A stretch of DNA of 64,000 nt from Eledone cirrhosa (lineage: Eukaryota), in NCBI GenBank assembly GCA_964016885.1, contig OZ024740.1, forward strand, positions 319,734,001 through 319,798,000, given 5' to 3'. This document shows positions 50,830 through 63,963 of this stretch, one piece after another. Below the pieces are notes generated by a model. That model was not told the DNA's origin and did no database searches. It saw only the letters and a list, made by a program, of their open reading frames with translations. Both the position numbers and the translations under genes were made by a program. Every line of letters begins with the position of its first letter. Positions within the stretch are counted from its first letter, which is position 1.

Positions 50830-52958
50830 CGGAGGTATCGTACTGACCTCTACCAACAAGTTCTTAAGGGAGATACACTTATACCAGAATGGTTGACATT
50901 AGCACAAACATTACTGGTCCCCAAGAACAAAGACACCCACTTGGCAAAAAGCTACCTACCCATTGCATGCCAGAACCTGATGTATAAGATGTATACAGCC
51001 TGCCTGAACCTATTCCTCCAAGATCACTGTGAAAATAATAACATCATCACAGATGAACAAGCAGCTGGAAAGAAAGGGGTTTGGGGATGTGCTGAACAAC
51101 TCCTAATCAACAAAACTGCGATGTCGGAGGTGCAACAACTTAGGAGGAATATGGCTACAGTCTGGCTGGACTACAGGAAAGCTTTCGATTCTCTTCACCA
51201 CTCTTGGATGATAGAGGCCCTCCAACTTGCTAAAGTCCCAGACATTATTGTCAGAGCCATAGAGAGGAATGGAGTTTGGCCAAGATAAATGCTCATACAG
51301 GGAAAAACAACCCAATCTAGCAACATTGTCATCAATGGCCTAACTGTTTCACCGATATCTGATGAGGACTGCTACAGATACCTGGGGATAGATGAGAACA
51401 TATCCTATAATGGTATATGTAATAAAGAACGTGTAACCAGGGAATACTACATCCGATTAAGAAAGATCTGGTCATCGGAACTCTCTGCGCAAAACAAAAC
51501 AGTGGCTCACAATGTATTTGCTGTGCCTGTCCTAACACCAACGTTTGGAATACTCAATTGGACGATAGCCGAAATCCGAGCAGTTGATGTTAGAACTCGA
51601 AAATTGCTAAACAACACCGGAAACTTCCACATCAACAGTGACATAGACCGCCTTTACTTGAAACGTAAGCAGGGAGGCAGAGGCCTAACATCAGTCCAGA
51701 CAACATTTGAATGTCGCATCATATCTCTCCGACAACATCTACGAACCTCGAAGCGCAGGAGCCCGTCACTCGAGCAAGTCTATCTGCATAAAACAGATAA
51801 GATCATGAGAGTTGGGAAGGAACTCCTCGAGAGATATTCCCTGTGTGATAATCAAAAACTCACACCCAGGGATGTCGCTCAGCAGTATCGCAGTGAATCC
51901 ATGGATGAAAAACTGCATGCCTATCAGCAAAAAATCATGCATGGACATGTTGCCAGGAAACTCCAGAGTGGGAGTAATATAGATAGGGAAAGTAGTATAT
52001 CTTGGACCAACAACCGCTATATTGGCTCCCACTTTGAAGGATACGCTTTTGCAATCAAAGAACAGGAGATTAACACGAAATACCTGATTCACAAAAGAGA
52101 TAGGGATGCAGGCAAAACACCTAGATGTGATAACAAGTGCAGACTCTGCAGAACTAACATCGAGGATATCACCTATGTCATCAGCAGCTGTCCAAAGATG
52201 TCATCGCGATACTATCTACCTATGAGGCATGATGTAGTGGCCAAAACACTGTACAATGCAATTCGTAAAAAGGATAGCCCCGATAATTAACACATTAAAA
52301 GCTACAGCAATGTGGAAGACATCCATGTACATAATATGAAAGAGTACTGGTGGAATGTTCCAGTAAAACCCCCAATACAATGCAGGCATAACAGACCAGA
52401 TATTATGATATGGGACAGGGAGAAGAAAACATGCACAGTAGTGGAAATTAGCTGCCCAGCAGATGCCAATATAATATCAAAGATTAGTGAAAAGGAGAAT
52501 ATTTATGCAGAACTGATGAGAAATCTGCAGATACGCCACCCTGATTACACCTTCAGATTTATACCTGTGATTATTGGGGCACTGGGATATGTTAGTAACT
52601 GCCTCAATACAAATCTTGAGAAGCCAGGCTTCACAGGAACAGAAAGAACACAACTAGTTAGGAAATTACAAGTACAATCCATTAATGGAACAGTAAAAAT
52701 ATGTAAAACATTCCAAAATTTTGCATCTAATAACTGCATATACACATGTACAGATACTAAGCATATACACATGCACACATACAACTCAAAACATACACAT
52801 CCACACATACAATAACATCCATATCTACACATGCAGACATGCATACATACATATCTACCTAGTTAATGTTATGTAAATTCCAATGAGAAAGCCTTGTGTC
52901 TATGTTAGAAACCGACTCTCTCTCTATTGGTAAAGCTTTGTGAAATTATAAAACCAGA
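50830..52958 (+). mobile_element. 5'-truncated R4/Dong-clade (restriction-like endonuclease) non-LTR retrotransposon, defective
   Basis: RT motifs (LVPKNK..YLPIAC.NLMYK, EQAAGKKG, WLDYRKAFDSLHH, YRYLGI, RLYLKRKQGGRGL), zinc knuckle CRLC..C..RHDVVAK and RLE motif HNRPDIMIWD..VEISCP. In-frame stop at 52290. Flanked by (CATA)n on both sides. Confidence 0.92.
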
Positions 52959-53556
52959 ACATACATACGTACATACATACATACATACATACATACATGC
53001 ATACATACATACATATATGCATATATACATACATATATTCATTCATCCATGCATGTCTACATACATACATAAGGTTTATCTATACATATATTAGGTAGGT
53101 CAGTTGGCTGGGTATCCAGTGTGATTATGTAGCTAGACAGACACCTATTGAGAAGGATAGAGACGGGGATAGGTAGGTGTGTACACAGATGTCAGACAGA
53201 TAGCTAGACAGTCTGGTGGTGGTGGTGGTGGGGAGATGCAAGGATCGAAGGCGTTACTAGTGTTGGTGGTAGGAGAGGAAATGTATATCTCGAGATATAT
53301 GATACGATAGTGCTATATAGATATATCTTTTATCATTCGAGTGACATTATATCTATTGTTGTTGAAAATATTTTCGAAAGAGAAAGAGAAGAGACGAGAC
53401 GGGTGGATATAGATAGAGAAGAGAGGATATAGATAGAGAGATAGGGGGAGACAGAGAGAGACGGAGGGAGAGAAGAGAAGATATAGATAGAGGGGGGAGA
53501 GGCGGAGAGAGCGAAGGGGAGAGATAGAGAGTGTCGGATATATAAATATATATATC

Positions 53557-53725
53557 AATGATATTAATAAATGGAAACTATATTTATAAAACCATATTTA
53601 TTCTATTATGTATATTTCAAGGGTGCCAAAACTTTGGTACGAAATCATCAGATAAAATACAAAGTTTGTTTTATAAATATTGACATATCCAGTAATGAGA
53701 CCTTAACGGTTCAAGTTTCACCTTG

Positions 53726-53730
<5 letters not shown>
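53557..53730 (-). mobile_element. Penelope-like terminal fragment with hammerhead-like motif (53600-53658), related to the 42781 element
   Basis: Shares GATATTAA.AAATGGAAACTATATTTATAAAACCATATTTATT with 42781. The minus strand reads AUUUUAU-CUGAUGA-..GUACCAAA/UUUGGCAC..-GAAA-UAUACAUA-AUAGAAU. Confidence 0.6.
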
Positions 53731-53769
<39 letters not shown>

Positions 53770-53774
<5 letters not shown>

Positions 53775-54501
53775 ATGCTTTGGGAGGGTCATGTTGCCAA
53801 TAAGAAACACACGCACCAGTTGCTTTCACTCCAATTTATTTTAAATTAAATTTATAAATTTAAGAATTTATAAATTTCCGGTTGGTTGGTAGGTTCCATA
53901 ACCGGACGGTTGTTCATATATTGTCAAAGTTCTTTCGTCACACATTCTGTGACCTCTACAGTGACTGGGGATTCTTTTTGCGCATGTGTTACATCCGGGT
54001 GTCTGTGTGTGTTTATATTTGTTTATTTATTTGTTTATTTACATGTTACTGGTTGGTTGTTTGTTCTATGTGTGTGTTTTCATTTTGTCCTTAATTGTAA
54101 GTTGTGATGTTGCTATTCCATTCATGTTTTCTATTTAATTTTGGTTGGAGTTCATTTATGTTTATTGCCTCTGTGATTTGTCTAAACATTGCGTCTTTTC
54201 TGTGTGTAGATTCTATTTTTAATTCTATGTTCTCTAATTTGCCCTTATGTTCTATTTTAGCATGTTGGTGGAGTATTGATGATTCTTTTTTATCTTGAAG
54301 TTCTCACCAGTGTTCATTTAACCGTTCTCCTATACTACGAGCTGTCTCACCTATGTACACTATATTCTTATCTTTACATTGTCCTTCAGTACATCTTATG
54401 CTATAGTTTTACAGTTAATATGGGGGCTTAGTTTACAGATTATGCATTTCTTATCTATACAGGGAGGTCTTTAAAAAGGGTATGTATTGCTAATAAGTGT
54501 T
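53770..54501 (-). pseudogene. Penelope-like element 3' part: GIY-YIG endonuclease remnant and terminal region
   Basis: Minus-strand translation CIDKKCIICK..YSIRCTEGQCKDKNIVYIGETARSIGERLNEHW*..HQHAKIEH..RQITEAINI..QPKLNRKHEW; one stop and one frameshift. Confidence 0.9.
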
Positions 54502-57455
54502 TGGTTGAGAAGTTAGTCACCAATTTAGCGGAGAAGTATTTAGAAAGTTGTAATGTCGCCACTAGGAACCAGGTTTGGTAGAAAGATATGATAGGAATAT
54601 CGACAACGACTTTAGCTTGGTTTTACATTATTTATTAACAAAGGTTACGAAGTGAATTAAGTTGGCATGCCAAGAGAAATGAAATAATTCAATTAAGATT
54701 ACAAGAGAAAATGCGGTCGACTGGCTGAGGCGTTTAGCCAATTCCGTAGTAAAATTGTTGTGTCGTTACATATTGTTTGTGCTGGCGGAGCAAAAGAACA
54801 AGTGGTGTTTACCTTAGCACGGTCTAGCTGGAAGTGATAGCGTCCTCAAATCTTTGCGGGCTATTTCTCCCTCAGAACGCGTAGGGATACATCCTCTTCT
54901 ACTGGCGCTGATTGGCTGAGCTGAGCCAAATCACGCACAGAGAATATATGTGAGCCCGCGGAATGTAGGTCACTACATCACCTCCGAGCAGATTTTTAGC
55001 CGAAAATCGTTAACGATGAAGCCGAGGACCCACAGATTATTGAATCAGCAAGAACAAATGCTGAAAGAGCACATCAGTGAAAAAATAATTGAGCAGAAAG
55101 ATGCATGCAAGAAAAAAAAATGAGGCGCGACGGGCCGTGTTGAGCCGCTGTCAAATGACTAGCTGTTTTGTAGTTTATACGTGACCACCAAAGGTCTACC
55201 AGAAAACAGATAAAGTCTGACATGGGTGAAGTTGCTGTTCTTGCATTAAATGTTAATGGTAAGTGTTGTACCAGTAGCTGTGGACGAAGCTATTATGGTA
55301 GTTTACCAGTGCTGGCAAGAAGATGATGGGTAAGCGAGAAAATGTTGGCCTCCCAGATGTATTGCCGAATGTGCTAGGGAGCCAGGAAAAAATGGCTGGT
55401 TGCTTTGAAAAGAAAAAAAAGCAAGTTGACTCTGTGGGTGGGTTACAGTTCCATAATTCGGGCGAATCCACAGAAGTGATGAAAATGCTGACAAGTCCAG
55501 TTCAATTTGTTGTTTTCCCGGTGAGCTGGGTAAGATAACAAGATAGGTTGTTATGGACGATGAGTGTGCAACGAGATGCGAAACTGTTTGAGTTCAGCTG
55601 CAATTAGCATACTCGTGTTGCGGTGCAGGTGAATTAAGCTGCAAGTGTCGATAGCATGTTTTGGTACCTCCAGAAGGTGAAAAGGGATCTCGCAGAATAT
55701 TACGACGCTTGAAGATCATATACTATAGACAACAACATGTTTGTGTGTGTATATATGCAGGCATGTAATACAGCAAAGAAAATGTGTGCGTGCGGTCACA
55801 TATACAACGATAGAGAGAAATGAATTTTCATATAATACAGTTTTAAAAAACTAAATGTCCAAAATAAATGCCTGAAAAAAAGGAAGAAAGAAAGAATTGT
55901 TTCGTTTCTTTTAACAAAAAGTTCGCTTTATTTTTCTTTGGGAACGCTCTTACTAGGGAGCTAGTAGAGTTGTTGTTAAAGCAAAGTCACAATGAATCTT
56001 CTGTAGAGTAGAAGTCGAGCGTTGAAGAACCTAGCGTCACCAATATGGCAGCCACGTCTGACGCCATAATGGTGAGAAAACTAATGTCTTAATTTCTCGA
56101 GTCCTTGTGGTAACGAGACAGAAGGTATGGTGGTTGCGTCGGTAAAGTTACAAGCCGTTACCTGGTGTTGGTTAATAGTTAGCCATGTGTTGCTGCTGAT
56201 GGCTGGTACTTGGTGGTAGCCGTTTTGAAAATTCCTCGTGGCATAAAGTTTTTGAAATACTGCTAATTTTTTTTCTAAAAATATTCTAAAGAAAATTTGA
56301 ATAATAAAAAAAATTATTTTCCCAAGATGGCCGATTGAAAAATGCGCCTGTGATGAAGAAGCCGTTATGTGGCACGATGCAGCTAATCAGATGGCTGGGA
56401 TTGAGGACAAGCTGTACGCGGGAAAACAAAATTTTTGAGTCTCCATTTGTAATTTTAACAGAATGTTGAAAGCAAAATTTAATATCCAGAGAAATCCTTT
56501 TTTTTTATTTTTTGTTTTTTTGTTTTTTGTTTTTTTTGTTTTTTTGTTTTTTGTTTTTTGTTTTTATCAAACTATGCTCGCAAAGCAAGTTGTTCTTAGT
56601 CGGTGGTCACCGTACTCATTTTATCAACCAATTGAAATATACCAAACCACCTCAACCGGATAGAAGACATCGCAGAATTTTCAATCCAAAAGAGAAATTT
56701 TTTGTTAGTCGTCGAAAAAACTCTTTCTTTTGTGTTGTATTTTTGTGTTCGTCTGTATGCGTGAGTCAATAGTGTCACCATGAAAGTTATGACAGAAATA
56801 TTGTGCAGGCCGCGTGCTTCAACAAATGGAATATTATGAATTTTATGGACTTACGCTAAGTGAGTCTAGCTACCCGATTCGAACATTCCAAATGTTAAGC
56901 CATTCCACATTGCCGTTAAAACGAATGGCGAATTCAAATAGGCTGCGTTTTCATTCTTAATCCTCGAAGGTCACCAATTTGGTTGAGAAGTTAGTCACCA
57001 ATTTAGCGGAGAAGTATTTAGAAAGTTGTAATGTCGCCACGAGGAACCAGGTTTGGTAGAAAGATATGATAGGAATATCGACAACGACTTTAGCTTGGTT
57101 TTACATTATTTATTAACAAAGGTTACGAAGTGAATTAAGTTGGCATGCCAAGAGAAATGAAATAATTCAATTAAGATTACAAGAGAAAATACGGTCGACT
57201 GGCTGAGGCGTTTAGCCAATTCCGTAGTAAAATTGTTATGTCGTTACATATTGTTTGTGCTGGCGGAGCAAAAGAACAAGTGGTGTTTACCTTAGCACGG
57301 TCTAGCTGGAAGTGATAGCGTCCTCAAATCTTTGCGGGCTATTTCTACCTCAGAACGCGTAGGGATACATCCTCTTCTACTGGCGCTGATTGGCTGAGCT
57401 GAGCCAAATCACGCACAGAGAATGTATGTGAGCCCGCCGAATGTAGGTCACTACA
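54502..57455 (-). mobile_element. Non-autonomous LTR retrotransposon (2954 bp; probably Gypsy-derived)
   Basis: 476-bp direct repeats at 54502-54977 and 56980-57455 with TG..CA ends and about 6 substitutions. 6-bp TSD AGTGTT. Minus-strand PBS TGGTGACC 3 nt after the 5' LTR. Purine tract GGAGGTGA before the 3' LTR. 2-kb interior without a long ORF. Confidence 0.93.
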
Positions 57456-57760
57456 AGTGTTTTTATGGAGGTCTTTCTACTATCTTAATATTAAGTTTAT
57501 GTTTATCTAGGGCCCTTCTAAATTTGTAAGCTAATTCACCTCTAGGGTTGTATTGATGAACATTACACTCTGGTATTTATTGCTATCATACCATGAGTTT
57601 ATTCTATTAACCTTACTCCTAGTTCTTTCTATTCTATTCCAAAATTTGCTCCTATACAAGGAGCAGGTCCCATTTGTATCATTATTTACCATTTTTTCCC
57701 ATTTGGTTCTGGCTCCTCTATATACTCTGATTTTATCTCTATGATGTGTTATGAATGTGT
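57456..57760 (-). pseudogene. Penelope-like element upstream part (RT thumb/linker remnant)
   Basis: GTCSLYRSKFWNRIERTRSKVNRINSWYDSNKYQSVMFINTT..GELAYKFRRALDKHKLNIKIVERP; continues into 54501 once the LTR element is removed. Confidence 0.8.
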
Positions 57761-57809
57761 TTGGGATAGTGTTTACGCGCGAATATACGTATATATATAT
57801 ATAGATATT

Positions 57810-57932
<123 letters not shown>

Positions 57933-58230
57933 GTGTGCGTGTGTGTGTGTGTGTGTGTGTACTTTCTTGATCATTTCTTACAAATGAAAAAATTGTAGTC
58001 CTGTAGAAGTCATTTCTATACTAAAATGATTGCACATAGACTCTACTAGCGTACTAACGTGTTGAGTGCTTTTTTTATTGACAGTGGTCGCCTCCCAATC
58101 TATATTGGTATCCTACGTATTACATATACATATATATATATGTGTGTGCGTGTGTGTGTGTGTGTTCGCTCTCCCTCTCTCTATTATATATATATATATA
58201 TATATAATACATATATATATATATATATAA

Positions 58231-58348
<118 letters not shown>

Positions 58349-58719
58349 GAGAGAGAGCGCGAACACACACACACGCACACATACATGTATATATATATAT
58401 GGGGAGGGGAGTAAGAGTATATGTGTTACACAAAGAATATGTGCACCTGCTTCAACAAATTGCAGACCTGCCAACCTCTAAAAACCCAAACGGGAATTAC
58501 CATGAAAAAATACATGCCCCAAAACGGGGAGAAATGAGGCAAAATGGGGAGATTTTACATAATAAAAGCTATACCCATTTTCACAAGAGAAGACATCTCT
58601 CACCCACCCCAAAATGGGTGGAAGGTCTCCCCGTCGGACTGGGAGAGTTGCTGGCCTTGTGCCTAAACTAGAAACCATTACTACAATGATTGTGGATCAC
58701 CATCGACAAACGATAACAA

Positions 58720-58795
58720 TGACGATGATGATGATTATGAGGATGATAATGATGATGATGATGATGATAATGATGATGATGATGACGATGATGAC

Positions 58796-58836
<41 letters not shown>

Positions 58837-58870
58837 CAATGATGATGATGATGATGATGACAATGATGCT
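58720..58870. repeat. (GAT)n microsatellite
   Basis: Direct reading. Confidence 0.95.
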
Positions 58871-58889
58871 GCTTGTTAATCGATTTCAT

Positions 58890-61760
58890 GCAACAACCAT
58901 CCATTGAATTCGTAATGTATGTCTCATCGGCAATGGCGCCGTACAATATCGTAACCGAATCCGTTTAATATGACCCTGCTCTATTTGAATCAAGTACAAT
59001 ATTGAACGGCGTTTCTTGCTAGTTGTGTCAGTGTTGTTTCAATAATTCCTAACAAATACTGATCATGCAATATATAATTTATTGGAACTGTTTATCTATT
59101 TATTCTTCCATTTGATCGTGGTTTGGCGGCAATATTAATGACATAATTGTTCGTGGCTGTGGGATGGGAAGCACTTCTGCTGCCAATTTTCCGTCCAATG
59201 CTGAATGGGGTGCAGAATGATATGAGAGAAAAACAAATTGATTGTCATTCCACGAGTGAATGATTTCGTGGTATGCTTCTTGTATCCCTTCGACAATGCT
59301 CTCCGCCTCTCTCTTTGAAGATGGGAGAAAAACAGGTTGAATGCCCATTTGATTACAAAATTATATAAATTTAGATGACGTGAATTGAGATCCATTGTCG
59401 GATATAATTGTTTCGAGAATTCTTCCAATGGCAAACATTTTAGGGAGTATTGTGTCAATGTTTCATTTCTAGTTGTTGATGTCAGTGCAGCATGAAAACA
59501 TTTCGAGAACGAACTACAATAAGCCACATTCTTCTAAAATATTCCGACATCGTCAATGTGTATTCGTAGCCACATTCTTCTCCTAAAATATTCAGACATA
59601 GTCGATATGTATTCGTAGCCACATTCTCCTAAAATATTCCGACATAGTCTATATATATTCGTAGCCACATTCTTCCCCTAAAATATTCAGACATAGTCGA
59701 TATGTATTCGTAGCCGCATTCCTCTTCTAAAATATTCAGACATAGTCTATATATATTCGTAGCCACATTCTTCTCCTAAAATATTTCGACATAGTCGTTA
59801 TGTATTCGTAGCCACATTCTTCTCCTAGAATATTCAGACATAGTCGATATGTATTCGTAGCCACATTCTTCTCCTAAAATATTCAGACATAGTCGATATG
59901 TATTCGTAGCCACATTTTCGTAAAATATTCAGTCATAGTCGATATATATTCGTAGCCACATTCTTCTCCTAAAATATTCCGACATAGTCGATATGTATTC
60001 GTAGCCACATTCTTCTTCTAAAATAGCCCGACATAGTCAAAATGTATTCGTAGCCACATTCTTCTCCTAAAATATTCCGACATAATCGATATGTATTCGT
60101 AGCCACATTTTTCTTCTAAAATAGCCCGACATAGTCAAAATGTATTCGTAGTCACATTCTTCTCTTAAAATATTCAGACATAGTCGATATGTATTCGTAG
60201 CCACATTCTTCTCCTAAAATATTCAGACATAGTCGATATGTATTCGTAGCCACATTCTTCTCCTAAAATATTCCGACATAGTTATGTATTCGTAGCCACA
60301 TTCTTCTCCTAAAATATTCCGACATAGCCGATATGTATTCGTAGCCACATTCTTCTCCTAAAATATTCCGACATAGTTGATATGTATTCGTAGCCACATT
60401 CTTCTCCTAAAATATTCAGACATAGTCGATATGTATTCGTAGCCACATTCTCCTAAAATATTCAGACATAGTCGATATGTATTCGTAGCCACATTCTTCT
60501 TCTAAAATAGCCCGACATAGTCAAAATGTATTCGTAGCCACATTCTTCTCCTAAAATATTCCGACATAGTTGATATGTATTCGTAGCCACATTCTTCTCC
60601 TAAAATATTCCGACATAGTTATGTATTCGTAGCCACATTCTTCTCCTAAAATATTCCGACATAGTTGATATGTGTTCGTAGCCACATTCTTCTCCTAAAA
60701 TATTCCGACATAGTTGATATGTATTCGTAGCCACATTCTTCTCCTAAAATATTCCGACATAGTTGATATGTGTTCGTAGCCACATTCTTCTCCTAAAATA
60801 TTCCGACATAACCGATATGTATTCGTAGTTATGGTCCACATGTTGTTATTTATTTATTATTTTTTGGTTACTAATTATATTCTTTCTTGGTTACTAATTA
60901 TATTCTTTCAAGTACATTAGCGACTGATTAATATACTGCACACGACATAACTATCACATTCATATCAGATTGCATTTTCGGCCAGTACGGCCAGTAACAA
61001 CATTTACTGGTTATGCTCAAATGACCTTCATGCATTTAAGTCGAAATTATATTTTGGAAAATTGGACTGCAGGATTAATAAATTCCCGTGGTAATTAATT
61101 GCATCACGTTTTATCGAATATTCACTTAGAAGTTCGTCTTCAATATTTAGTTTTTCCGGTCAAACATTATCTCAACGAATTGTTAATTTGAATAATATCA
61201 ATATCAGACTTCTTGGTTGATTCAGTTTCTCTAGTGATAACTGGTATTCCATACAGACGTTCATCAATAATCCAGATAGAATATGATTTTTATGACTTCC
61301 ATCAAAATCGTAATCAGGTCCGATCGCCAGTCTTGATAATTCATCAGTATTTCCGTGTTACTTCGAAGCTTTATATTGTACAATATGAAACCAATAACAT
61401 TGCTCAACGTTACAGTCGTTGAAACGTAATGGCGAGTAGATTTTTATCCGAGGAAAACCACAGAACTAATGGCTAGACGACGGTTATTAACTCAAAATAT
61501 TGTCAATGTAGGAATTAATTAAATTTATGAAATCTGAATACAATAGACAATTCTTTTTTTTTTATTTATTTATTTGCGAATAACACCATTGATGTAGATG
61601 CAGAGTTTTAGATGCATGGGCTAATCAACAGAAGTATATACGGCTACTGAACTGTCCAGTTCTTTTCCAGACCATATAATACGGATTAGACATTTTCAAC
61701 GATGACGGTTGTTCATGTCGCAGTCAGTGTTTCCTTATATATGATCCAATCTCGCTTTTT
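58890..61760 (-). pseudogene. Decayed Gypsy/Ty3 pol fragment (RNase H then integrase)
   Basis: Minus-strand motifs in Gypsy order: AHASKTL..YSQI (~61610), QRL*R*AMLL, HGNTDELSRL (~61340), MHEGH..YWPKM (~61000), RIHIDY.G (repeat), ETIISDNGSQFTS (~59395) and FLSYHSAPHSALDGK. Many stops and frameshifts. Confidence 0.85.
59522..60828. repeat. 49-bp minisatellite, ~27 copies (some 46-bp variants)
   Basis: Unit GTAGCCACATTCTTCTCCTAAAATATTCCGACATAGTCGATATGTATTC, head-to-tail with no spacers. Confidence 0.97.
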
Positions 61761-61799
61761 GTCACAATAAATAGAAATAAGAAAGTTTCAACTTTAACA

Positions 61800-62785
61800 C
61801 TTACATAGTTATTAATAATGGTTTCTTATATAGGCGCAAGGCCAGCAATTTTGGGGGAGGGGAAAGTCGATTAAATCGACCCGAGTGCGTGACTGGTACT
61901 TTATTTTATCGATCCCGTAAGGATGAAAGGCAAAGTTAAACTTGGTAGGATTTGAACCCTACATAGTTATTAATAATGGTTTCTGATTTAGGTACAAAGC
62001 CAGCAATTTCGGGAAAAGTCGATTAAATCGACCCCAGTGCGTGACTGGTATTTTATTTTATCGACCCGGTAAGGATGAAAGGCAAAGCTAACCTCAGCGG
62101 CATTTGAACTCAGAACGTAAAGCAACCCTATACCGTGAAACTCTACCGATGCTGTCAATCTATCGTCATCTCATAGTTATTAAATAAATAATTGTTTCTA
62201 CTTTTGGCACAAGGCCAGCAATTATCAATGCATTACTGGTACTTTATTCTATCGACCCTGGAAGGATGAAAGGCAAAGTTAACCTCGGCGGGATAAATAA
62301 TGATTACTAATATAGGCACAAAGCCAGCAATTTAGGGGAAGGGGAAAGTCGATAATTGTTTCTAGTTGGGGATCCAGCCGGATCAATTGGAGACGGTTGC
62401 TTCTGATAAGACTCGCTGGACTGAGTGTTTGAGGACTCTGACCCCACGACCCTCTCGGGAATAAGTGGGCGAAAAAGAAGAAGAAGAAGAAGAAGAAGAA
62501 GTTTCTACAAGGCCAGCAATTTGAAGGAAAGCAGGCTGTCCGGCACCCTACCGATGTTGCCAACCCACCGCCCTTACATACTTATTAATAATTGTTTGTA
62601 CTTTTGGTTCAAGGCCAGCATTTACCCAGTGCATTACTGGTACTTTATTTTATCGACCCCGTAAGGATGAAAGGCAAAGTTAACGTCGGCGAGATTTGAA
62701 CTCAGAATAGTAAGGGCCGTAACTCTATGCGTCAAAGCATGGCGTCCGACGCTCTACCGATACTGCCAATCCACCGCCCTTTATA
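61800..62785 (-). mobile_element. Head-to-tail cluster of about 5-6 SINE copies/fragments
   Basis: Repeated TTATTAATAAT..GTTTCT..CAAGGCCAGCAATT..TCGACCC..AAGGATGAAAGGCAAAGTTAAC blocks. Confidence 0.8.
62365..62500 (+). mobile_element. 3' end of an RTE-clade LINE with (GAA)n tail, inserted in a SINE
   Basis: 7-bp TSD GTTTCTA (62358-62364, 62501-62507). Encodes LGIQPDQLETVASDKTRWTECLRTLTPRPSRE*, similar to RTE C-termini. Confidence 0.75.
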
Positions 62786-63201
62786 TATAATAACTTATTA
62801 TATATAAAGAACAATGTAAAGAATAATGTTTAAGCTTCACATCAGATTAATCCTTCCAATAGTATTCACACCTGGAATATTACAGACAGTCTACATGAAA
62901 AACTACTGCTGATGCTGCTGTTGGCATAAGGATTATTCTCTGACTCTATTCAGCGGGGCTTTATTAATCAATGCCTCATTTGTATATAAATACACGACAC
63001 ACATTCGACAAATCAATGTGTGTATATATACATATACATGTGTGTGTGTATGTGCGTGCGTAGATGTGTGTCTGTGTGTATGTGTGTGTGGGTGGGTGGG
63101 TGTGTGTGCATGTGTGTGTGTCTATGTGTCTGTTTGTGTGTCTGTGTGTGCCTATGTGTGTCTGTGTGTGTCTATGAGTGTGTGCGTGTTTGTGTATGTG
63201 T

Positions 63202-63238
<37 letters not shown>

Positions 63239-63280
63239 TGTGTCTGTGTGTGTGTCTGTGTCTGTGTCTGTTTCTCTGTA

Positions 63281-63351
<71 letters not shown>

Positions 63352-63859
63352 CTTTGTGTGTACGTATGGTCGAAAGATGGGCGGCTGGAAACACTCTCCT
63401 TGTCGAAACACAAACGTACATGTTACTGCTGCCGAGGAAAGAAATCGTTTGTGTATGTATTGTTGCTGTTTTCTGCTATATCGTTACAAATATCTGCTTT
63501 GACGTGTTTTTTTTCTGTCTATAAATAAATAATAAGGTTTTTGTTTTGTTTCTTTACCATTTTAACTTTCTTACATTTTCTTTTGTTATAGAATTGACTT
63601 TATCTCTCTTTTCTTTTTGCCGTCTGCTTTCTGTAGACAATAGTTTTCAGTCAAATAAGCCTTTTTTTTTCTTAATGTAAACACAAAAATATATATTCAA
63701 AGCTTCTTAAACTTATCTAATATAGTTTCTCTCCCAACTAGGGAGAAATATCCAGATATGTTCCGGAAAGATTCTTTGTATCAGTTGGAGGCGTATCTGA
63801 GTCAGTTGTAGTAGCATTCTATTAACCGTGTCTTTCCGAATCAACCGAATATCTAAATA

Positions 63860-63963
63860 CAGGGTGTCCCAAAAATATGTATGCACAAAGGTTGTGCATT
63901 CTAATAAATATTGCCTGTACAAGTGATCAAAGTGTGTATACACTTTTTGGGGGACACACCCTG
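63860..63963. mobile_element. Tc1/mariner-type MITE, 104 bp
   Basis: TA flanks. TIRs CAGGGTGTCCCAAAAA.ATGTATGCAC / GTGTATACACTTTTTGGGGGACACACCCTG. Confidence 0.75.

Noticed and set aside
58460-58650. hAT MITE starting CAGACCTGCCAAC
   Set aside because: Only one clear terminus; the other is overwritten by a SINE tail, and no TSD could be verified.
59135-59527. 130-aa ORF as a host exon
   Set aside because: Mostly an off-frame reading of the frameshifted Gypsy integrase.
59522-60828. CRISPR array
   Set aside because: No unique spacers, no cas genes and a eukaryotic context; the unit is integrase-derived.
63713-63943. 76-aa minus-strand ORF or exon
   Set aside because: Starts inside a MITE, has no convincing donor or polypyrimidine tract, and has no recognisable homology.
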